24,594 bases of DNA from Ginkgo biloba (lineage: Eukaryota; Plantae; Ginkgophyta), in NCBI GenBank assembly GCA_024626585.2, contig JANKJI020000002.1, positions 226,893,273-226,917,866 on the forward strand, read 5' to 3'. A program made the position numbers and the translations under genes. The notes below the pieces were generated by a model. The model was given only the letters and a program-made list of their open reading frames with translations. It ran no database searches and was not told the DNA's origin. Below, one piece after another: positions 11,941-22,490 of this stretch (positions within the stretch are counted from its first letter, which is position 1; every line of letters starts with the position of its first letter).

Positions 11941-12959
11941 NNNNNNNNNNNNNNNNNNNNNNNNNNNNNNNNNNNNNNNNNNNNNNNNNNNNNNNNNNNN
12001 NNNNNNNNNNNNNNNNNNNNNNNNNNNNNNNNNNNNNNNNGTAATTGTAAACACTATTAATAAATGAGTATTCACCATTAATAATATTTTATCAATGCAT
12101 TATTATTATGGTCTATTTTATAATTATGAGCACCATTATTTAGTGAGGGGCGTTGGTTAGACATGGATGTTTTTTAGTAATATGGTATAGATAGCTAAAA
12201 AATGAGGTAATTCATCACCACTCAAAGGACAACAATATATGGTTATGTATTTTGATTCTATACATTATTTTATAACATTTTTTTTTATTATGGTGGGTTT
12301 TCATAAATGACTTAGTGATCATATTACTCCAATGCATGTATTGGTTTAAGTCTAGTTATACATGCATTGTATAACATTTGACCCCATTGATGATTTTGGT
12401 CTACTAAGGTTTTTCTTAAGTATGGTTGAGGTCTAGGGGTTCATGATATTAGGATTGGGGATTTATGGATGGTGTTGTCCATCTATAGGATACATTAGTG
12501 GGGGGAATCGAGAGGTGTCTACCTTCATCTTCCCCAATGAACTTATCCTCTAAGTATATCAATGATTATAAAGTTAGTTGGTAGCTTGAGTATAAGGGGT
12601 TTTACTTTTCCTTGTGATTAGGTATTTTCTTCTCTTTTTACCTTTATAAATCTAGAAGCCTTAGCATTTTCTGACCTTATTTTTTATTCCTTCTTTAGTA
12701 AAAATTCAAATCCCTCTTTGTTTATGATTCCATTCCTTGCATTATCATTCTCATCCTTTTCCACCTATGTCAATGTGATTGGTGCAATACCAACTTGTTC
12801 TATTATGGTTTCTTCATCATCATCGTACTTAGAATCTCTTAATAGATGAAAAAATAGATGTGAGTTTTTATTTAAATTACCTACATCAAATGGATCACCT
12901 ATAATGCTAGGCAATACTACCAATATTATTTTGGACAAAGAAAAAGTTGATTTTTCGGC

Positions 12960-13537
12960 CAAATCCACTATTGCTTATATGGTTATAGGGTATTTTCTAG
13001 GGTATATTTCACCTAAGATTAGAATTAAGAATTGGTTTGTTTAGATGTAATAAAATATTATTAGATCTAATACGTTTATAAGATAAGGGCGGATGCCTTT
13101 TGTCCTTTCTTAAAGTGACATAGTTGATATAGTATACACAAGGGGAATGTGGCTTTGCCTTGGTTCTTTAAATATGAGATGGTGATTTTGACGTGTTTAC
13201 ATCAAAGAAGTGCACTTGCTTAGTTTAGGTAGAAATTTTGGGACTTCTACTTCATTTGTGGGATTTTGTGGAAGAAATTGTAGAGCATATATGTAAGATT
13301 ATCTTGTCTCCAATTGAGAAATAATTCAATGCTTGACCCAAACTTATGGTTTGTATCAAAGTCAATATTTCCAAGTTTTTGTATCAAGAAACTCATGTTT
13401 TTTATGCTATAAGGATTTGTAGACAACATGTGAGTTACCTTGATTTATTTTTGGCCTACTTTCAATCGTAAAATCTATAGTTTATTAAAGATGACTCCCC
13501 TTGGTAAGTGCTCTACTACTAAGTATATGTCTACAAC
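12960..13537 (+). pseudogene. LINE ORF1 (DUF4283-like domain plus degraded zinc knuckle), copy A
   Basis: MVIGYFLG...IKNWF; I*DGDFD...CLV*VEILGLLLHLWDFVEEIVEHICKI (~13180-13280, cf. PVWV..PGLP...W); VCIKVNISK; QHVSY..LFLAYFQS*NL*FIKDDSP (decayed CX2CX4HX4C). Confidence 0.75.
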
Positions 13538-14447
13538 NNNNNNNNNNNNNNNNNNNNNNNNNNNNNNNNNNNNNNNNNNNNNNNNNNNNNNNNNNNNNNN
13601 NNNNNNNNNNNNNNNNNNNNNNNNNNNNNNNNNNNNNNNNNNNNNNNNNNNNNNNNNNNNNNNNNNNNNNNNNNNNNNNNNNNNNNNNNNNNNNNNNNNN
13701 NNNNNNNNNNNNNNNNNNNNNNNNNNNNNNNNNNNNNNNNNNNNNNNNNNNNNNNNNNNNNNNNNNNNNNNNNNNNNNNNNNNNNNNNNNNNNNNNNNNN
13801 NNNNNNNNNNNNNNNNNNNNNNNNNNNNNNNNNNNNNNNNNNNNNNNNNNNNNNNNNNNNNNNNNNNNNNNNNNNNNNNNNNNNNNNNNNNNNNNNNNNN
13901 NNNNNNNNNNNNNNNNNNNNNNNNNNNNNNNNNNNNNNNNNNNNNNNNNNNNNNNNNNNNNNNNNNNNNNNNNNNNNNNNNNNNNNNNNNNNNNNNNNNN
14001 NNNNNNNNNNNNNNNNNNNNNNNNNNNNNNNNNNNNNNNNNNNNNNNNNNNNNNNNNNNNNNNNNNNNNNNNNNNNNNNNNNNNNNNNNNNNNNNNNNNN
14101 NNNNNNNNNNNNNNNNNNNNNNNNNNNNNNNNNNNNNNNNNNNNNNNNNNNNNNNNNNNNNNNNNNNNNNNNNNNNNNNNNNNNNNNNNNNNNNNNNNNN
14201 NNNNNNNNNNNNNNNNNNNNNNNNNNNNNNNNNNNNNNNNNNNNNNNNNNNNNNNNNNNNNNNNNNNNNNNNNNNNNNNNNNNNNNNNNNNNNNNNNNNN
14301 NNNNNNNNNNNNNNNNNNNNNNNNNNNNNNNNNNNNNNNNNNNNNNNNNNNNNNNNNNNNNNNNNNNNNNNNNNNNNNNNNNNNNNNNNNNNNNNNNNNN
14401 NNNNNNNNNNNNNNNNNNNNNNNNNNNNNNNNNNNNNNNNNNNNNNN

Positions 14448-16925
14448 GATCAAAGAAGTGATCTAAGAAGCCTAATAGTCTAGATCATATTTGAAGTGAA
14501 TGTTATTAAAGAAGGTATTATTAGTGTGTATGCACTTTATAATGTTCAAGATAATATTTCTTATGGAATTAGATGGTCACTAGTCTACCTCAAGCCTTTT
14601 CAATAGTATAAGGGAATTTTAATATGCTAGATAATATGGAAGATAGATTTGAGAGATGTGATAATTCCCTCTTTACAATGGCACTAGTGGCCTATCTAAA
14701 TTGTAAAATTATTTTAGGTTTATGTGATCTCAACCCCATAAGAAGCATGGATAGTGAATGCTATAAAGGAATATAAGAATTATAACTTGTTCATATAGAT
14801 GTTATTTTATAGTTATTAGTACTTTTAATTTTATAGATGGAGTTGTTAAAACTCCATACTGAAACTATCTCATATAATCATTATCCTTTGTCTCTAAATA
14901 TGATGGTGGGTAGTGGGTAGGATCCATCGAATCAATCCTTAATCAAACTTAATATAAGATACCTTTAGGATAAAGAATTTATTAATTATATTAAGAAGAT
15001 TTTAAATTTATTTCTTGGACCTATAAATAGGGAGGTTTGGATTAAGTGGTGAGAGGCTCAAATTACTAAGATAGTTCATTAGCTACACAATTTTAGTAAG
15101 GAAAATGATAATAAAAAGAAGAGCAAGGGAGAGATCATTGAATATATATCTTATATTTGTTTAAATTCATCTTTAGGTTGGCATATTTTATATGGGGATT
15201 TAATAGTTGGAGACTATGGTGGTGTAATATGTAAGGGATTTGTAGTTATATGAAACTAGAGATGTATAAATTAGGCCTAGGGTTTACTATTTGAAATAAG
15301 GAGACACTTATTCTATTTTTTTTTTAATTATCTAAGAATAAAGGAGGGGGACATGAAGATCTAGGAACTTAAGGATTATCAAGGTACATGTTTTACTAAT
15401 CCTAAAGAAATTATTTCCATTTTTATTAATAATTTTAAAAGCATATTTAATATTTAGGAGTTAGATATTTAGAGATGTAGATTTATTTAGAGTTTCTTAG
15501 AAATAATACCCTATAATGTATATTTTAGTCAAGGTCAATCATTCAATCATCTTATAATTCCTTTAGAGGTTTTGAGGAAATTCCCCAAGTGGTGTTGGGA
15601 TATAGATAGAAATTTATAAGTGTTGGGATATTATTTATAAGGACCTTATTGCAGTGTACACTGAGGAAATTTAAAATTTGAATATTAGTATGGGAATTAT
15701 AAATCTTATTCCTAAAAATATTAGTGATTTGGATTTTATGGATGTTTGTTGATTACTTTTCCAAATGCATTGTATACAGTTAGTTCTAAGGTTATATCAT
15801 TTTGATTTTGATAATCCCTAAAAAAGAATGTCTCCTATAAAATTCTTGCTAAGGCCATTACTAAGAGAGTCAAGTACTTTCTCCTCTTGATTGTTAGACC
15901 AGAGCAAACCAATTTTATTAAGGTTAGGTATATCCTTGATAATATATTTATTTCTAGTGAAAGAATAGAATGGGATAGGGAGTTGGGACAACCCTTTCTC
16001 TTTCTTAAGATTAATTTCAAGAAAGAAGAGGATAAAGTTGATTATGTTAAGGAAAATTAATTTTTGAGATCATTTTTGTTGAGGTTTATAGGATTTATAT
16101 TCTTAGGCCTCTACTCGGGTTGTGTTTAGTGATTCCTTATTGAATATTATTTTGATTCAAGGGTGTCCCTTGGCTCCTTTGTTATATTTCATCTATGTTG
16201 ATAGTATAGGTTATTTGTTTGGCTTTGAGGGAAATCTTATTAAGGGGAGTCACTCTACCTTCTATGTCCAAATAACTTTTATATGGATAGTTAATTGATG
16301 ACACCAACATAATAGTAGTATAAAATAAGAGGGATGCCAATTTTTTGCTAGAGAAAGTGGATGAAATTTGTGAAGATTTAATTTCTTCTATTACTCTTCA
16401 CAAATCCCTTTGTTTCTTTTAAGGTTATGATGAAATACATAATTGGGTGAAAGAGTATGGATAGAAGATAATAAATGGAGCTAAAATTTCTTGATTCCTT
16501 AGTATTCCATTTGTATTTAGAGGCATGACCAAGAAAATATGGGATGTGTTTATAGAGATAATTAAGAATAAGGTGCCTTATTGGAATGATAAAGATCTCT
16601 CTTTCACAACAAAAGTTTAAATTGTTGATAAAATTCTTTCTTTGATTCATCTCTATTTTCCCTCTTCCTTGATATTCTCCATTAAAATATAAAAATATTT
16701 AAAATACTTATTTAGGAATTTTCTCTAGAGTGAATCCTTAGAGTTGAGGTCACTTTCAAGAGTTAATTAGGCTATTTGTAGTTCCAGGAAGGAAGACGGT
16801 AGGCTAGGTATCATAAAAATCTAATCCCAAGAATTTACATTTGCATGCAAGTGGATTATAAGGGATATACCATTTTATAGTGCATGGTAGGTCCTTATCT
16901 GGTTCAAAATATCCTAAGGTTTACT
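14448..16925 (+). pseudogene. LINE ORF2: APE endonuclease and reverse transcriptase, copy A
   Basis: ISVYA; GNFNM (GDFN); YNHYP (SDH.P); LIPK (~15705); YKILAKAITKRVK...VRPEQTNFIKVRYILDN (from 15836); IQGCPLAPLLY (16155); DDT (16297); FLSIPF; RVN*AICSSRKEDGRLGI...KWIIR (~16760-16863). Confidence 0.93.
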
Positions 16926-17249
16926 TGATCTGGCACCTATGGGTGCTCACAGTAGAAAGTTAGCACAAAGTTCCACCTGCATAAGTGATGATCATATAAC
17001 AAAAGGATAGGAAATGGGTAAATATTATTTTATTATAAAATACAAAAGAAAATTCCACTAATTATAGAGCTACATGAGATTATAGTATATTCATAAGGCA
17101 TGAAGATGTCAAAGACAATGCCTAGAGAAATCATAAGTGGCTTCTTAGGGAAAATCATAAATTAATCCTAATGGAATCATAGGTCATGTTTGGAAATTAT
17201 AATCGCAAGTGAGCTTAGTAGAATTGCAAGTCTTCGCTTGGGTACTTTT
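16926..17249 (-). repeat. 3' LTR (visible part) of the nested Gypsy element
   Basis: Aligns to 19643-19968: tgatctggcacctatggg vs tgatttaatacctatggg, and cacaaagttccacctgcataag vs cacaaagtttcacctgcataag. About 47 of 60 bases identical in the first 60 nt by hand count. Confidence 0.85.
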
Positions 17250-17349
17250 NNNNNNNNNNNNNNNNNNNNNNNNNNNNNNNNNNNNNNNNNNNNNNNNNNN
17301 NNNNNNNNNNNNNNNNNNNNNNNNNNNNNNNNNNNNNNNNNNNNNNNNN

Positions 17350-19460
17350 CCTCATGAAGGTTGTAAGTGCATTTGTGAGTCTAAATGGAATAACTAACCA
17401 TTTGTACAATACATGGATTATCTTGAAGGAAAATTTCCAAGTATCTCCTTAACTAATTCACACTTTGTGATATCCTGACTTTAGGTCTATTTTGTTGAAA
17501 TATCTAGTTCCCTATAATTGGTCTAAAAAATCTTTAATCCTAGGTAAGGGATATTGCTTCTTCACTGTGATCTTATTTAGTGCTCTATAGTNNNNNNNNN
17601 NNNNNNNNNNNNNNNNNNNNNNNNNNNNNNNNNNNNNNNNNNNNNNNNNNNNNNNGTGACCTTTATCGAACAAGTTATAGAGCTATCTCTTGACTTATTT
17701 GTTCTTTAGAAGTGAAGTCCTATAAATATGGACATTTGATAATACGCTTTCTTTCTATAATTTAATGATATGCTCGATTTATCCCCTAGGACGTAATCCC
17801 TTAGGTTCTTTTAAGACACTATTATGCGCATTAAGAAAACTATTAAGATATCTCTTCTATACTACATTTTAGATAAATGGTTCTACACCTTTATCTCCTC
17901 CTTTTATTTCCTTTATGGGTCTTAGAGTTAAAAACATAAACATCCAAGAGGCATTGACCAATATTTCATCCTGTAATGCATTGATCAAAGTGACATTCAT
18001 TTTATTCCCTTTCATCTTGATGAAGTAAATCTTCTCTTATTTGACCAATTTATATTGGTTTTTCCTTCTTTGAAATTCAACATCTCAAGCCCATAAATAT
18101 GGACTCCCAAAGATCAATCCACAAACATCTAAAGGCACTACATCATATTCTGTCTCATTAATTCATTTAACAATAATATAAAATTTTAACTTATGCTATA
18201 TATTAATGGTGTGCATAGATTCCTTACTCAACCATCCCAACATGTAGGGAAATGGATGCTTTATGGTTAGCAATAAAAAATACTTAACAATGGACTTCAA
18301 GATCATATTTATCTAGCTTCCACTATTGAATATTTTTGAAACCAATGCATTTTTTATTTGGATTTTGATCATAAAGAGCTTCTCTTTCTATAGATTTAAT
18401 TTTTGGTCTTATTCCATGAATGCTATCTACTTATTGACCACCTTAAGATTTGTTACTTCCTTTTATTTATCCTATATTTATGCTTATTTATGCATGGGAA
18501 TCATTTTTGGATGTAATACCCAATAGTTCTCTATTAAATCACCTTTTAACCAACACTCTTTGAAGTATGATCTTCTTCATTTGCCACTCTAATAGTTTTC
18601 TTTCTATCTTTGTTTTACCAATTTCTTGATGGCAATTTTGAAGGACTTTATTTCTTCTATAGTCTTAGATAAGTGGATAGATCTCTCCACTTCTTTTTTA
18701 TTTTTCTATCTTTTCTTTGTGATAATATTCATTAAGGGTCTTGATTTCAAACATCTCTAGTTCCTTTTATATAGGTGTGAGCAAACCACTGAAAAAATTT
18801 AAGACCATTTTATAACTTCTTCATCAACTATATTTAGTCTGATGGTAAATTGATTAAATTCCTTAGTGTATTCCTCCACACTCTAGGATATCCTTTATCT
18901 AAGATACTGCCACTATATTTGTTATTCTCATAGGTATCCAATAGTGTAAAATTTCTTCTTGATGACTTGGGTGAATTCATCCCATACTATTCTAAGCAAT
19001 CTTCCTTACTGGTGCTACCTCTTGTAGAAAATATCCCATCGTAATAAGGCGCATCCTCTTATATTTATCTTNNNNNNNNNNNNNNNNNNNNNNNNNNNNN
19101 NNNNNNNNNNNNNNNNNNNNNNNNNNNNNNNNNNNNNNNNNNNNNNNNNNNNNNNNNNNNNNNNNNNNNNNNNNNNNNNNNTTTCCACCTTTGTCTCCAC
19201 TCTAAAGGTGGTATTGATATTTAGCTCTAGATTTTATGATTTTAATAGAGTGATTAATATAATATTATTGGAAGGGAAATTACTCAAAATAATTCTTATG
19301 GGTGGTTGTGTCGTCACTATTAAAGTATAATATTATGAGACCAAACTTTACATCACTTGTAATAATTGGTTTATATGCTCATCAAGATTCATTAAGAGAT
19401 ATTCTAAGATTCTTTCAAGCTTTTCAATTCTCTCACTCTTATATTTATCCATAATTTCTT
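17350..19460 (-). pseudogene. Gypsy gag-protease-RT, degraded
   Basis: Gag: TQVIKKKFYTIGY..WQYLR..SVEEYTKEF. Knuckle: FKECWLKGDLIENYWVLHP. Protease: IFNSGS*INMI..HPFPYMLGWL..DVVPLDVC. RT: YRALNKITVKKQYPLPRI..KIDLKSGYHKV..KWLVIPFRLTNALTTFMR (17591-17350). Confidence 0.93.
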
Positions 19461-19642
19461 CAGGCCATTCCCATATATCTCCCCCTGACATATTTCCAGA
19501 NNNNNNNNNNNNNNNNNNNNNNNNNNNNGGAGGATTCTTAGGTTGTTCACCTTATCCTTAGTGCTTATAAAGAATACAAACCCTTATCGTGAATTTAATT
19601 CTTTCCTAATTGATGGAGGGAACTTTATCTAAAACTAAAATA

Positions 19643-20543
19643 TGATTTAATACCTATGGGTTATCATAGAAATATGTTATCACAAAGTTTCACCTGCATA
19701 AGAAAAAAACATATAACAAAATAACAATAAATGGGGAACTACTATTTTATTATACAGGACAAAAGAAAATTATGTTAATTATAGAGTTATATGAGATTAC
19801 ATTCATAAGATTAAGGTTTGGAAATTTTATAGGCAATGATTTGAGGAGTCACAAATTGATTATTAGGGAATATTATAGATTGATCCTTATGGAATATTAG
19901 GTTGCATCTAGAAATTACAATCACAAGTGAGGTTGGTAAGATGAAAATTTTTCACTTAGGTATTTTTTTCATCTCTCTACTTATTCACTTTTTCTTTATC
20001 TTACTCTCTACATAATGCCAAGAAGATCTAATTTCTTTATCTTTTGGCATAATGCTAAGAGGATTTCCCTATATTCTAGTTCAATATCTACCAAGAACTT
20101 AAACTACAATAACACGAATGTCACTTCCAACCATTATGTAAAGCTAGGTTTAAAAAATAGTTATATGGTTCTTATCTTTACCTCATTGATATAATCCTTC
20201 TAAGTGGATCATCTCATGTAGTAGAGCTATCTATATTCCAACTTCANNNNNNNNNNNNNNNNNNNNNNNNNNNNNNNNNNNNNNNNNNNNNNNNNNNNNN
20301 NNNNNNNNNNNNNNNNNNNNNNNNNNNNNNNNNNNNNNNNNNNNNNGATATTATTAATTTAATGAATAGACAACTCTATGGAATAGTTAGAAAGAGCCAT
20401 ATCCATGTAATATCAGTGCATGAAAACTTGTAGCCCCAACTCTTTAGGAAAGCTATTTTTCACAAGGGTTGGAGAGTGAGGCTAACTTTAGCAACTACTA
20501 TTTAAAAGTTGTAAATGACATTGAGTCCCTATCCATTGCATCA
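19643..20543 (-). repeat. 5' LTR of the nested Gypsy element (contains a 100-N gap)
   Basis: Homologous to 16926-17249, has TG...CA-compatible ends (tgat... / ...atca), and lies upstream of gag on the minus strand. Confidence 0.75.
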
Positions 20544-20661
20544 ATCATTTTAGTTTTCCTCTTCTACAATTACTTTTGCTTATTCATTTAGTGGATGAAT
20601 TTTGCACTTCTTTCACAAGACTATATATACCTCTTTAACTATTCAATCTACAATATGTATA

Positions 20662-21100
20662 TCTATTCTATATTACTAAAAAAAAACGTTTTTGCCCTCC
20701 CCAACAAAAAAAATCGAATTGAATACTTATTTCTGGTTTGGCGAAAAAATTTAATTGTTGTTCATTCGGGTTCAGCATGAAGAGATGTAAATTTAATTGT
20801 TGTTGTTTCACCCTACGTGTCACATGGCCCCCCTTTGGCCTCTCAGTAGATCAATGGCAGTAGATCAATCCTATGTTTGAGGTTATGTTCGATGCCTTGT
20901 AACATGTAGGNNNNNNNNNNNNNNNCCTTGATTATTAGAGCCCATGATTTCACCATACGATTTTTGCTATGGAGCCTTCAATAGATTTTCACTGTGGAGT
21001 GTATAGCAAATACGCTATATAGTGTGATCCTCCAACAATAGATTTTTCATTGTTGACATATAAATAGGTTCGATAAGAATTTGAACGTGGTGGGTTTTGA
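20662..21100. mobile_element. Possible non-autonomous DNA element (Helitron/MITE-like) inserted in LINE A
   Basis: Non-coding and CpG-retaining, lying between LINE segments. Starts A|TCTATTCTATATTACTAAAA and has internal direct repeats (aatttaattgttgtt x2, cagtagatcaat x2, caatagattttc-like x2). The 3' end is not defined. Confidence 0.35.
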
Positions 21101-21149
21101 AAAAAAAGAGAGTTTTGCATGTAACTTTGGTCATGAGAGTGTCTTCAAC

Positions 21150-22100
21150 TTGGTTATATTTTGACAACTATAGTCAAGTTAAAGATGAAGGGGTCTACAA
21201 TGTTCAACACAATCTAAAAGTCTTAGGAGAAAGGTCAGTGCTTTCTTTTATGGAAGGTCAAGACCATAGAAAAGGTCTATCTTCCCTTAAGTTATTTATT
21301 TTGGTAGAGTAGGTTAATGAATAAAATTGGGCTACCTCTGGAAATAACCTCCCCATATTTATCTTATGCCTTTTTTACAAAGGTTATTATCATGGTTCAT
21401 AACATGTAGAATTTCAAAATAGGGAGTTAGTTTCAACATAATAAGTTTTAATTTTTATGGGACCTTTTGAATATGTATGTGGGTATATTCCATAATATAA
21501 TTGTTATTATCCCATAAATATTTAGGGGAAATATTACCATTTGAAGTAAGAAAACATTATAGGTTGATTGGGTATGGGTACTAAATACTCCTTGCATATT
21601 ATTTATTTCTAATATAAATTATTTTCTCTTGATACCTTATGTTGACCTTGTTGAAAGATATAATTAAATTTATAAGAAATATAACCCTCTTAAAGTATGG
21701 TTCTATCACTAATAATTATTCTCAAGTATAGATGTTGAAGAAAAAATATAAATTATTCTACTAGTTACTAGTCCATAATGAGCTTCTAGTAGGATATACT
21801 ATGGAAAACATTACAATTCACCTTAGATGTTCTTTTTATTAGGAAGAATAAACATTAATTCATCTATTTTGGAACTATCCCCACATTCACCCAATATGGT
21901 CTAGGATTGAATCACTTATTTCTTTCCATCAATTCTAGCTACTTGATTAGAATATGGATTTATTTGGTAGTTTATAAAATTTGGATGTTGGGTCTCATAA
22001 GGGTTGGCATATTATTAGGATCAAGATGTTATGGGTGATATGGACACTTAGAAATGAATTATTTTTCTTTGATATAATTACTCCTACTAACATTATTACA
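21150..22100 (+). pseudogene. LINE ORF2 C-terminal part with zf-RVT, continuation of copy A
   Basis: LLVHNELLVG; RCSFY*EE*TLIHLFWNYPHIHPIW (from ~21825); GWHIIRIKMLWVIWTLRNELFF (~22000-22066, the LW.IW..RN motif). Confidence 0.85.
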
Positions 22101-22490
22101 TACCATCATTTTATTTTATGTTTTTATTTTCAATCTTAGATATAAGGAAGGTTGGAATCCCATGCTATAAAGGAAGATATACTTAGAAATATATTGAACA
22201 ATATAAGCTAGTCCCACTTGTCACACATGGTAAGGAAAAATATTAGACCTTATAGTCATGTTTGCATGCATGTGCAATCATCATTTAGATAGATATTCCA
22301 TCCATTCATACATGTTTCTTTCCATATCCCAAAGATAAGAATAAATGTGTAGGATAGATCTCTCACATCGTTAGTTTGGGAAGGGGCCTANNNNNNNNNN
22401 NNNNNNNNNNNNNNNNNNNNNNNNNNNNNNNNNNNNNNNNNNNNNNNNNNNNNNNNNNNNNNNNNNNNNNNNNNNNNNNNNNNNNNNNNN

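Larger units (their letters stand above)
16926..20543 (-). mobile_element. Ty3/Gypsy LTR retrotransposon nested in LINE A; RNase H and integrase are presumably hidden in gap 17250-17349
   Basis: Direct repeats 16926-17249 and 19643-19968 flank gag-PR-RT. The outer end reads ...tgcatca (TGATGCA on the minus strand) at 20543. No matching TSD was seen. Confidence 0.8.
12450..22300 (+). mobile_element. L1-clade LINE, near full length (copy A), interrupted by nested insertions
   Basis: Motifs for ORF1, APE endonuclease, RT, GGLG and zf-RVT occur in canonical order on the + strand (see sub-features). The outer boundaries are approximate. Confidence 0.85.

Noticed and set aside
12765-13429. Minus-strand ORFs (12765..12968, 13247..13429) suggesting an antisense ORF1 divergent from ORF2
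   Set aside because: The + strand gives much better ORF1 motifs (V*VEILGLLLHLW, VCIKVNIS, knuckle), so the LINE has normal organisation and these ORFs are shadows.
13440-14483. Long ORFs of 321-347 aa in the ORF track, and similar X-rich ORFs elsewhere
   Set aside because: They are made almost entirely of N gaps.
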